From the NCBI GenBank assembly GCA_038125265.1, contig JAYPDM010000005.1, positions 1,702-65,701 on the forward strand: DNA of 64,000 bases. Reading direction: 5' to 3'. How positions within the stretch are numbered: the first letter of the stretch is position 1; every line of letters starts with the position of its first letter. This DNA is from Gammaproteobacteria bacterium (GTDB lineage: Bacteria > Pseudomonadota > Gammaproteobacteria > Steroidobacterales > Rariloculaceae). Shown one piece after another: positions 48,228 through 57,018 of the stretch. Under the pieces are notes generated by a model that saw only the letters and a list, made by a program, of their open reading frames with translations, was not told the origin of the DNA and searched no databases. The translations under genes and the position numbers were made by a program.

Positions 48228-48239
48228 ATTAATCCCCTT

Positions 48240-50645
48240 TTAAGCGGTGTTTACTTGTAACGTTGAATGACTTTGCTGCTGTCCACTTTGATTATTAATA
48301 ATCATATCTGGAGTAATGGGTACTCGATTAAAATAAACGCCACCTAAAGCATTTGAAATCGCACAAGTTAGTGCCGCAGCAGCACATCCTAGCGGTGGCT
48401 CACCCATACCTTTAGCGCCTACGGGATTCTGTGGGTCAGGAATCTCAACAGCTCCAGCATCCATTACCGATGGAACATCCAAATAGCTTGGGGGTTTATT
48501 TTGCAAGAACCCTATATTTCCGGGCAAACCATTCTGGGGATCATAGATATGCTTCTCACTTAAAACCATTCCAAATCCTTGAACTGCACCTCCCTTTATC
48601 TGCGTAGCAAGGCTCTGTGGATGGAGCACGGTTCCACAGTCAGATATCCCAAAATAGTTTAATATTTCTACCTTTCCTGTTTCAGTATCAAGCTCTATCT
48701 CACAAGCGCCTACAGCAATCCCTGCGACCAATCCTTGCCTTGGAATCTCATCTTTGGCAACACCAATTAAGCCAGAACCAACAAGCTCATTGACAGATAA
48801 AACAGTGATCTCATGAAGATTGCTTGGGACCTCAGTGCCATCAAAATGTGCTCCAAATTCGACTGCATATTGTGCGCACTCCGCATAACTTAGAGAGAGA
48901 TCAGAATTATTTATATTAAACACTCTTTCATTGGCTATATCGTAATCCTCAACTTGACCACCCAATACTCTTGCTGCAATCTCCTTCAGTTTGTTCAAAG
49001 CGTCAACAGCAGCGACATAATTTTGTCGTGTCATAGTAAAGGAAGTATTACTTCCGCTTTGTGTTGGACTCCAAGGTAGCTGCTTTCTACTATCCCCTCT
49101 TTGAATAACGCAATTCTCCCAATTCATCCTCAGTACCTCTGCAGCAACTCGAGCAGTCCCAGTATGCGAATAAGTACCTAAATTTCCTGCGCCACTATGA
49201 ATATGAAGTTTGCCATCAGGTGTAATCCTTATAAGTCCGTCATAACCATTTCTACCTGCAGGGTGAAAAGCCTGACCAATACCGACTCCAATTACTTTTG
49301 ATCCATTCCTCTGACCATTCCTAGATATCATTTCATTCCAATTTGATATTTCCATGCATCTATCAATAGCCTCTCGCTGAAAGGCACTTGTCACCGGACC
49401 TTGGTTTGCATAATACTTTGCGCTATTATCCGCTGCGTTAATTTTTCTAATATCAATCGAATCTATTCCGAGCATGCTTGCAGCTTTATCAAGCAAGGGT
49501 TCAACCGCAACTGCAATTTGATTTTCTCCAGGTCCTCGCATCGCTCCCCTTGGAGGAGTATTGGTTTGCACTGAAACTGCTCTCATCCTCATGGCTAGAG
49601 GTTGATACAAAAGCGTCACTGCTGAAGCAGCGGCATCAAAATCATCAAATCCTGAGTAGGGACCGTTTTCATGGACAATATATAAATCAACTGCAGCAAC
49701 TCTACCGTCCTGCCTAAAGCCGATTTTTACTCTTCCTTGGAACCCAGGCCTTGCAGAACCAAGAAAGTATTCCTCCGATCGAGAGATACGAAGCATGACA
49801 GGTCGCTGAATCTTTCTTGAGAAATGGGCTGGCACAGCCATGATAGGATAGGCTCTGGCTTTTGAGCCAAAACCTCCACCGCAAAATTCAGATATATACA
49901 CAATATTCTCAAGTTCCGTATCAAGATATTTAGGAAGGTCTTCCATGACAGCTGTTTGACTCTGGGTAGAGCCATACAGAAAGCATTTTCCAGATTGCCA
50001 ATAGGCCATTGCAGTTCTTGGTTCCATACTATGATGTGATTGTCCCGCTGTAACAAAAGTCTCGTCCAAAACTATTGCAGAATCTGCAAACCCTTGATCA
50101 ATATCTCCATAGACCCACTGATCTAAAGGATCTCCTTGAGGTAAGTTGTTTTCTCCTGCTTGCACAAAATCACGCGCCGTCCAATGATGATTTGTCAGAT
50201 TGTCAGACAAATAGCTATAAACATTGCCATCTAGTCTTGCACTTGCACCACCCGGATACAAACTCTCAAGCGGATCAACCGTAAATGGAAGCTCCTCAAT
50301 ATCATAGGTTATGAGCTCAATTGCATCCTGAGCAATCTGTTCACTTACCGCTGCAACTGCAAGTATTGGGTCGCCAATAAAAAGAGGCTCATCAGTAAGT
50401 ATTTGTAGTTCAGGAGCAGGAAATTTAGGTACCTCATTGGGTAACAATACATCGATGACACCTTCTAGAGCGAGCGCACGAGATACATCAATATTGGTAA
50501 TTTTTGCATGCGGCAAGGGACTTGTTAAAAGCCTTGCAAAAACCATGCCATCAACACGGTAATCTTCTGAGTATTTTGCGCCACCTGTTACCTTGGCTCG
50601 CACATCTGGTGGAGTAAAGTTTTTTCCTAATAAATCAAATGCCAT
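48240..50645 (-). CDS. Xanthine dehydrogenase-family molybdopterin-binding large subunit (no adjacent FeS or FAD subunit)
   Basis: 801 aa, no signal peptide. Starts directly with the a/b-hammerhead region (VRAKVTGGAKYSEDY). Motifs CGGGFGSKA, RGAMRGPG and the catalytic-Glu context AKGMGEPPL. Confidence 0.88.
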   Translation of the reverse strand: MAFDLLGKNFTPPDVRAKVTGGAKYSEDYRVDGMVFARLLTSPLPHAKITNIDVSRALALEGVIDVLLPNEVPKFPAPELQILTDEPLFIGDPILAVAAVSEQIAQDAIELITYDIEELPFTVDPLESLYPGGASARLDGNVYSYLSDNLTNHHWTARDFVQAGENNLPQGDPLDQWVYGDIDQGFADSAIVLDETFVTAGQSHHSMEPRTAMAYWQSGKCFLYGSTQSQTAVMEDLPKYLDTELENIVYISEFCGGGFGSKARAYPIMAVPAHFSRKIQRPVMLRISRSEEYFLGSARPGFQGRVKIGFRQDGRVAAVDLYIVHENGPYSGFDDFDAAASAVTLLYQPLAMRMRAVSVQTNTPPRGAMRGPGENQIAVAVEPLLDKAASMLGIDSIDIRKINAADNSAKYYANQGPVTSAFQREAIDRCMEISNWNEMISRNGQRNGSKVIGVGIGQAFHPAGRNGYDGLIRITPDGKLHIHSGAGNLGTYSHTGTARVAAEVLRMNWENCVIQRGDSRKQLPWSPTQSGSNTSFTMTRQNYVAAVDALNKLKEIAARVLGGQVEDYDIANERVFNINNSDLSLSYAECAQYAVEFGAHFDGTEVPSNLHEITVLSVNELVGSGLIGVAKDEIPRQGLVAGIAVGACEIELDTETGKVEILNYFGISDCGTVLHPQSLATQIKGGAVQGFGMVLSEKHIYDPQNGLPGNIGFLQNKPPSYLDVPSVMDAGAVEIPDPQNPVGAKGMGEPPLGCAAAALTCAISNALGGVYFNRVPITPDMIINNQSGQQQSHSTLQVNTA

Positions 50646-50654
50646 GGTGAGAGA

Positions 50655-52232
50655 TTAGTTGTAAGTAAAAATATAAACTGCTCCTGATTCAAGCAGAGAG
50701 TTGTCACCAGGCTGGATGGAGCCATCTTCAGCCAGACTACTATCCTCACCTCTTGCGCCAATTGCTATAACTGATCCATCAAAGTTTGCAGATAAAGTGC
50801 TGGCAAACTCGTCGTATGCCTCGGTATTGCTCCCCTTAAAATAATATTGTTGTGTCCACTCGCCGTTCTCACGAGTAAATAAGTAAGCTGCTCCGGCCTC
50901 TTGTGCATTGTCATTGGACTGATCCCCTTCGATACCATGAGAATCACTATCCTCAAGCTGAGCACCTACGATTAACTCATCACCATTGGGTGATAATTCC
51001 AGTCTCGAGCCAAACCAATCTTGAATACCGGTATTTGATGCTTTGATGTAGGCCTCCTGTGACCATTGTCCGTTATCCCCTTTTACGAAAACATAAACAC
51101 CACCAGTTGATAAATCTGATTCCCAGTCAGGCTCTGGAACTGGATTGACACCAGTCATCATACTATCTTCATCAAGGGCAGCAGATACTAACGTCCTCCC
51201 ATCAGCGCTGATATCTACAACGACACCAATAGAATCATTTCTTTCTTGATAACTCCCCTTAAGGTAAGCAGTCTGGATCCAGCCATCAGCTTGATCCTCA
51301 AACACATATACGGCTCCCATACCATTAACATCATCATCTTGAACGTCATTATTTCCATTTAAAGATCCATCTTCATCGTAACCGCCGATCGCTAAAGTAT
51401 TTCCATCCTGCGAGAAAGAAACTGAATAACCAAAGAGATCGCCACCGCCGGCATTGCTTGCTTTGAGGTAATCACTAAACTCCCAGCCACTCTCTGCTTT
51501 TTCATAAATATAAACTGCTCCGGCAGATACGGTAGAGTTATCTGACATATCACCATTGACTTCAGTTGCTCCACTATCTTCTGTGATTGCCGCAATTGCT
51601 AGTTTATTGCCTGCTCCATTTATGCTCACGGCAAACCCAAACTGGTCTCCATCACTCAAAGCCATAGGGTCATCAGGCATATGCCCTGTATTGGGTGCTT
51701 TGATGTAAGCTTCCTCACTCCAATTACCAGCGTCTCGAGCAAACACATAAACTGCTCCAGCCTGAGGTAAAATTTCATCCTCAACATCTGGATTAATTCC
51801 TGTTTGGCTGCTCGCTTCAAAGACAGAGGAGACAACCAGGGTATCTCCATCATCGCTTATCTCAACGGCATAACCAAAGTTATCAGTGATTCCAGGATTA
51901 CTAGGCTTAAGATAAGCCTCCTGTATCCAATTTCCATCTTGATTGATAAACACATATACGGCTCCAGCGCCATAAAGTGAATTATCTTCCTGGTTGGAAA
52001 TACTATTACTCGCTTCAAATGTTGCGCCTACAGCTAAAGTTGAACCATCGGCACTAATTGCCACAGCATCGCCAAGTAATGTACCTCCAGCCCCAAATTG
52101 ATCCCCATAGTTTGGATTAGAAGCTTTTAAAATTTGTACTTCTGTTAAAACTTTTTGTGTACTTGTGGGTTCAGTGTTATTAGAACAACCAAAAACAATT
52201 AAAAATAATGCTAAAAACGTAGATCGAAGCAT
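50655..52232 (-). CDS. Lipoprotein with seven FG-GAP/integrin-alpha-like propeller repeats
   Basis: Lipobox IVFGC. Seven repeats of about 60 aa with the pattern GDxFGxxVxxSxDGxTLxxGA...EDS...aGAVYVF...W.qeaYlKasN, and Ca-loop-like SxDGx segments. Confidence 0.75.
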   Translation of the reverse strand: MLRSTFLALFLIVFGCSNNTEPTSTQKVLTEVQILKASNPNYGDQFGAGGTLLGDAVAISADGSTLAVGATFEASNSISNQEDNSLYGAGAVYVFINQDGNWIQEAYLKPSNPGITDNFGYAVEISDDGDTLVVSSVFEASSQTGINPDVEDEILPQAGAVYVFARDAGNWSEEAYIKAPNTGHMPDDPMALSDGDQFGFAVSINGAGNKLAIAAITEDSGATEVNGDMSDNSTVSAGAVYIYEKAESGWEFSDYLKASNAGGGDLFGYSVSFSQDGNTLAIGGYDEDGSLNGNNDVQDDDVNGMGAVYVFEDQADGWIQTAYLKGSYQERNDSIGVVVDISADGRTLVSAALDEDSMMTGVNPVPEPDWESDLSTGGVYVFVKGDNGQWSQEAYIKASNTGIQDWFGSRLELSPNGDELIVGAQLEDSDSHGIEGDQSNDNAQEAGAAYLFTRENGEWTQQYYFKGSNTEAYDEFASTLSANFDGSVIAIGARGEDSSLAEDGSIQPGDNSLLESGAVYIFTYN

Positions 52233-52302
52233 AAATCCCCTTAATGTAATTACTCACTAAAGTTTACTCAAAAATTCTAAATTATCCCAGAGAATTAGAT
52301 CT

Positions 52303-52560
52303 TTATTCGTAGGAAGGTGGGATCTCTAGACAAGTTAGCGGATCTTGGTTATTAATCATTTCTTCAGTTGGAATTTGCAAGGCACCGCTATAATCATAAT
52401 TCTCAAGATCCTCAGGGACCTGAAGCTGTTCCGAATCTCCTTCAATCATATAAACACTGTTATCAATGCAACTGGTATCACCTTCATCAGAGGACCAAGG
52501 CATGAAAGAGCAAGAACTCATAAATAGTATTAAAATTATTATATATATATTTGATTTCAT
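52303..52560 (-). CDS. Small lipoprotein (85 aa) in the bamC/nlpB position downstream of dapA
   Basis: Lipobox FMSSC. Acidic, Pro-containing mature part of about 66 aa. ATGA overlap with the dapA stop. Confidence 0.55.
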   Translation of the reverse strand: MKSNIYIIILILFMSSCSFMPWSSDEGDTSCIDNSVYMIEGDSEQLQVPEDLENYDYSGALQIPTEEMINNQDPLTCLEIPPSYE

Positions 52561-53438
52561 TGAATGATTTTTAAATTTTTCAGGACTAATCTTAGCTCCT
52601 CAGAGCGCTTTGCATCATGAGGAGTTAATGGCAGTCTAATATTATTTTCTATCATTCCCATTATACTTAATGCTGCCTTGACAGGTATAGGGTTAGATTC
52701 AGTAAACATTGCTTTATGTAAGGGTTGCAATAAATTATCGAGGTCTTTCGCTTTCGCATCATCTTTTAATACAGACAGGTCACATAAAGTACGCATTTGT
52801 CTGGGTGCCACGTTGGCAGTGACTGAAATACAGCCGTGCCCTCCAGCTAGCATAAAATTCATGCATGACTCATCATCACCGCTGAGCAGAACAAAGTCAT
52901 CAGGGGTATTTAAATTAATCTCCTCTACACGAGTAACATCTCCAGATGCCTCTTTAATTCCGATAATGTTTGAATGCTTTGCAAGCTCTATAATGGTTTC
53001 ATTGGTCATATTAACGACTGTTCGACCGGGAACATTATAGAGAATAATAGGTTTTTTTAAGGAATCTGCGATTATTGTGAAATGCTCTATAAGCCCTCTT
53101 TGTGTCGGCTTGTTGTAATAAGGCACAACCGTTAAAAAGGCTTTGATTGGTAGATTTTCAACTGATTTTGAAAGATCAATGGTTTGCCTTGTAGAATTTG
53201 ACCCTGTACCTGCAATTATCGAAATTTGATCGCTGTAGTTACATGCATATTCAATAACCTCAACATGCTCCTTAGATGTAAGTGTTGAAGCCTCACCAGT
53301 AGTACCAGCAACAATAATATTCTCAGTGCCCTCATCGATATGAAATTGAATTAATCGTTCAAATGCAAGAAAGTCGACTTCCCCAGTGTCTTTCATTGGG
53401 GTTACGAGTGCAACGCTGCTACCTTGGGCTATCATCAT
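52557..53438 (-). CDS. dapA: 4-hydroxy-tetrahydrodipicolinate synthase
   Basis: SVALVTPM, AGTTGEASTL, YNVPGRT and the Schiff-base Lys context IIGIKEASGD. 293 aa. Confidence 0.93.
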   Translation of the reverse strand: MMIAQGSSVALVTPMKDTGEVDFLAFERLIQFHIDEGTENIIVAGTTGEASTLTSKEHVEVIEYACNYSDQISIIAGTGSNSTRQTIDLSKSVENLPIKAFLTVVPYYNKPTQRGLIEHFTIIADSLKKPIILYNVPGRTVVNMTNETIIELAKHSNIIGIKEASGDVTRVEEINLNTPDDFVLLSGDDESCMNFMLAGGHGCISVTANVAPRQMRTLCDLSVLKDDAKAKDLDNLLQPLHKAMFTESNPIPVKAALSIMGMIENNIRLPLTPHDAKRSEELRLVLKNLKIIQ

Positions 53439-53528
53439 ATAAACATTAAATGTTATTGAGAAGTATAATGAATAAAATAAACTATTAAATAGATCTATAA
53501 CATTTTTTTATTTTTATGCTAATTAATA

Positions 53529-53987
53529 ATGGATATTGGAAATAAATTACCAAGACTAAAAGTTACCATTACAGATGGTACGGAATCTGAAGTTCGACTT
53601 GATGAATTAGAGGCAAAGTTTATTATTTTATTTTTTTATCCTAAAGATCATACGCCTGGTTGCACGATTGAAAATCAAAATTTTAGAGATGCAAAAACCA
53701 AATTTGACATGATCGGTGCAAAGCTCTTTGGTATTTCAAGGGATCCCATCAGCTCACATAAAAAATTCATTGATAAACATGATTTAAATTTTCCCTTGAT
53801 CAGCGACTCTGATGAAAAGCTTTGTAAAAAATTTGATGTCATTAAAGAAAAAAATATGTATGGGAAAAAAGTTATGGGTATTGAGCGAAGCACATTTATT
53901 TTTGACTCAAACAAACAATTAATCAAAGTATGGAGAAAAGTTAAAGTAGCCGATCATGTAAATGAAGTTCTAGCCTCCATATCATAA
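53529..53987 (+). CDS. bcp: Thioredoxin-dependent peroxiredoxin Bcp
   Basis: FFYPKDHTPGCTIE with the peroxidatic Cys. 152 aa. Confidence 0.9.
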   Translation: MDIGNKLPRLKVTITDGTESEVRLDELEAKFIILFFYPKDHTPGCTIENQNFRDAKTKFDMIGAKLFGISRDPISSHKKFIDKHDLNFPLISDSDEKLCKKFDVIKEKNMYGKKVMGIERSTFIFDSNKQLIKVWRKVKVADHVNEVLASIS

Positions 53988-55414
53988 TGAAGCAATCTTT
54001 TTCTTTCTTTTATTTTTTTTTAGTCTTTGCTCATAGCCTATCGGCTCAAATAAACAGTCTGCCTGACTTTGGATCACCTGCTGATGCAATTATGACTGTA
54101 TCCCAAGAAGAAAGATTGGGTAGAAGCGTGTTCGCACAAATTTTAAACAGCGGTTCAATTAATGAGAATCCTATTGTGGATGAATACATTAATTCTCTTG
54201 GTAAAAATATGGGTGTTTATGCACAAGACGGGGAGTTTAATTTTAGATTTTTTGTAATTGATGACGATGAAGTAAATGCATTTGCTTTACCTGGTGGTTA
54301 TATTGGTATTCACTCTGCCTTGATTCGGCTGACAGAAGAAGAAAATGAATTAGCAGGTGTTGTCGCTCATGAAATCGCTCATGTAACTCAAAGGCATATA
54401 TCTAGAACTTACCTAGCTCAACAAGAAAACACTATCTTTGCATTAGCGACAATGTTAGCAGGCGCGATATTAGCAAGTGCCAGTAACTCGAGTGATGCTG
54501 CGGCAGGTGCAATGATGGCTGGAACAGCTGCTATGCAACAAGGCCAGATTAATTTTACAAGAGCCATGGAAACCGATGCTGATCGTGTTGGCGTACAAAT
54601 TTTATTTCAGTCTGGCTTCAATCCACTTGGCATGCCAACCATGTTTGAAAAACTCTCAAGAATTAGCTCAGCTAATCGAAGTATCATCCCAGAATTTCTG
54701 CAAACTCATCCAGTCAACGTAAATCGTATTGCTGAGACAAGATCTAGAGCCAATGAGATGCGAGGTGATTTTGCTGAGTCAACAGAAAACTATCTTATTG
54801 TTCGAGCAATATTGGAATTTGAGAGCTTTGAACTGCCTGCTGAGGCCAGGAGTTACTTTGAGAGTAACTTGAGAATGAGCGGAAATAATCAAAAAGATTT
54901 ATACGGAATTATTTTATCTTTGCTTGCATTAAATGAGCCTGACTTAGCTAATTTATATCTATCTGATCTTGTTAATATGAGTTCAAATTTGATCGCTATT
55001 ACTGATCTTCAGGCAAGAGTTATGAGTGAGAGTGGTCAAACTGACGAGGCTATTGCTTTGTTGGCAAATAATCTATCCTTATCGCCAAGAAATAAAACAC
55101 TAACGCTTCTGTTGGCAGAGCTTTATTCTAAAAGATCAGAGCCAGAATTAGCGCACGAAATACTGCTTGATTTATTTAATATAGAAATGCCCACTCCAAA
55201 CAACATCAGAACGCTTGCTAATTATGCTGACCAAATGGGTTCGTCCACACTCTCTAGATATTATTTGGCAGAATATTCGATTTCGACTGGACAATTACTG
55301 AATGCAAGAATACAACTCGAGTCAGTATTACAAGAAGAAGATCTTGATATTTCTGACAGAGATAAGTACCAAGCTAGGCTTGATCAAGTCATTGAAGCCT
55401 TAGATCAAAGTTAA
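53987..55414 (+). CDS. bepA: M48 metalloprotease with C-terminal TPR region (BepA/YfgC-like)
   Basis: Signal peptide, HEIAHVTQRH zinc motif, downstream E/D ligand region (METDADRVG), and a TPR-like C-terminal half. 475 aa. Confidence 0.85.
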   Translation: MKQSFSFFYFFLVFAHSLSAQINSLPDFGSPADAIMTVSQEERLGRSVFAQILNSGSINENPIVDEYINSLGKNMGVYAQDGEFNFRFFVIDDDEVNAFALPGGYIGIHSALIRLTEEENELAGVVAHEIAHVTQRHISRTYLAQQENTIFALATMLAGAILASASNSSDAAAGAMMAGTAAMQQGQINFTRAMETDADRVGVQILFQSGFNPLGMPTMFEKLSRISSANRSIIPEFLQTHPVNVNRIAETRSRANEMRGDFAESTENYLIVRAILEFESFELPAEARSYFESNLRMSGNNQKDLYGIILSLLALNEPDLANLYLSDLVNMSSNLIAITDLQARVMSESGQTDEAIALLANNLSLSPRNKTLTLLLAELYSKRSEPELAHEILLDLFNIEMPTPNNIRTLANYADQMGSSTLSRYYLAEYSISTGQLLNARIQLESVLQEEDLDISDRDKYQARLDQVIEALDQS

Positions 55415-55416
55415 GT

Positions 55417-56433
55417 TTATGCAGACTCCATCGCAATGTCATAATTGCCAAGGCTAGCAGCACTGTTACATTTTGCCCTTAATAAAAAGGCATCTTGTCC
55501 TGCAGCTCTATTTTCATCTTTTCCTTGCCAGGAAGATATGGCAGTAGCCTGCAAGGCCCTGCCGTATGAAAAGGTTAATGCCCATGGGTGCTCACCAATC
55601 TTATTCATTGCATCCAAGTTAGCCGAAGCTTCTTCTGGGCTCTGACCGCCAGATAAAAAAGCAATGCCAGGAACGCTTGTAGGAACATTTCTTAATAAGC
55701 ATCTTACAGTTGCTGTAGCTACCTCTTCCGGTGAGGCTTGGGTTTCGCATAATTTTCCAGGAATGATCATATTGGGCTTAAGTACAATTCCGGGAAGATG
55801 AATCTTATGCGACTGAAGAGCCTTAAAGGTCTCTTCTAGAACTACGTTTGTTACTTCTTCACAACGTTCAATGGAATGAGATCCATCCATAAGCACCTCA
55901 GGCTCAACAATAGGAACGATATTATTTTTTTGGCAAATTGCAGCATACCTCGCTAATGCATGAGCATTGGCTTCGACTGCAAACTTTGATGGCAAAACAT
56001 CGTCGATATTTATTACGGCTCTCCATTTGGCAAATCGTGCTCCGATTTTTCCATATTCTGCCATTCTCTCATCAAGTCCATCTAGACCTTCTGTAATCGT
56101 CTCATTATCAAAGTTAGTCAAAGGCTTAGCACCTTTATCTACTTTAATACCAGGAATGACATTTTTAGATACCAGTAGCTCGGTAAACTTTATTCCCTTT
56201 TCTGTGGACTGATGAATTGTCTCATCAAAAAAAATGACCGCACTGATATAGCTTTCCATGTCAGGAGTATTAAATAGTAAGTCACGATATTCTCTTCTAT
56301 TTTCTTCAGTATTTATTACATTAACAGTGTCAAAGCGCTTCTTAATTGTAGCGTTGCTCTCATCTGCGGCGAGAATACCCCGCCCCTCAGCTACCATGGC
56401 TTGTGCGGTACTTTCTAATTTATCTATGTTCAT
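55417..56433 (-). CDS. fba: Class I (Schiff-base, eukaryote-type) fructose-bisphosphate aldolase
   Basis: GRGILAADESNATIKKRF, NTEENRREYRDLLF, the Schiff-base Lys in GIVLKPNMI, and FLSGGQS. 338 aa. Confidence 0.9.
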   Translation of the reverse strand: MNIDKLESTAQAMVAEGRGILAADESNATIKKRFDTVNVINTEENRREYRDLLFNTPDMESYISAVIFFDETIHQSTEKGIKFTELLVSKNVIPGIKVDKGAKPLTNFDNETITEGLDGLDERMAEYGKIGARFAKWRAVINIDDVLPSKFAVEANAHALARYAAICQKNNIVPIVEPEVLMDGSHSIERCEEVTNVVLEETFKALQSHKIHLPGIVLKPNMIIPGKLCETQASPEEVATATVRCLLRNVPTSVPGIAFLSGGQSPEEASANLDAMNKIGEHPWALTFSYGRALQATAISSWQGKDENRAAGQDAFLLRAKCNSAASLGNYDIAMESA

Positions 56434-56561
56434 AATCCCTTTAACTTTATTAGTGTTTATTATTTTGAAGCAATAATTCTAATGGAAACATTCACTTATT
56501 TAAATAAATTTTGCAGACAACGTTATCGATTAAATTAAGAAAAATTGTAGATTATAGTTAA

Positions 56562-56580
56562 TAGTACTAAAATAGTACTA
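56562..56580. promoter_or_regulatory. Two tandem 8-bp palindromes TAGTACTA-AAA-TAGTACTA immediately upstream of the Rrf2 regulator start codon (candidate operator)
   Basis: Perfect palindromes at 56562-56569 and 56573-56580, 11 bp centre to centre. The second ends 1 nt before the ATG at 56582. Confidence 0.35.
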
Positions 56581-56581
56581 T

Positions 56582-57001
56582 ATGTTAAAAATTAGCAAGC
56601 TAGTCGATCATGGTGCCCTGGTGCTCTCTAACCTTCCGCATAAAAGTACTGGATTTAAAAGTGCTTCTTATATTTCTAATGAGACTAATTTGTCATTACC
56701 CAATGTAAGCAAAATACTTAAATTGATGCATCATGGTAACTTAGTCTATTCAGTTCGAGGATCAAAAGGCGGTTATGCATTAAACAAAAAGCCCGAGGAA
56801 ATTACTGCAGCTGAAATACTCACTGCACTCGAGGGACCCATAGCGATAACTGAATGCATCAGCGAGAAATCTTCATGCAATGTGCAAAATCAATGCGGTA
56901 TGAGTTATGGCTGGCAGAGAATAAACAATATCATCTCTCATGCACTTAACGATATTACCCTTAGGGACTTACAAGAAAAGCCAATTAAATTCACAAATTA
57001 A
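56582..57001 (+). CDS. Rrf2-family transcriptional regulator (IscR/SufR-like, three-Cys motif)
   Basis: Winged-helix N-terminus ([31 protein letters not shown]) and [14 protein letters not shown] (C-x6-C-x5-C). First gene of the suf cluster. Confidence 0.85.
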   Translation: MLKISKLVDHGALVLSNLPHKSTGFKSASYISNETNLSLPNVSKILKLMHHGNLVYSVRGSKGGYALNKKPEEITAAEILTALEGPIAITECISEKSSCNVQNQCGMSYGWQRINNIISHALNDITLRDLQEKPIKFTN

Positions 57002-57018
57002 ATACTTGGATTTATCAA

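Noticed and set aside
56461-56540. Fur-box-like AT-rich stretches (AATAATTCTAATGG, TTATCGATTAA) upstream of the suf cluster.
   Set aside because: The matches to GATAATGATAATCATTATC are poor, and such strings are expected by chance in AT-rich intergenic DNA.
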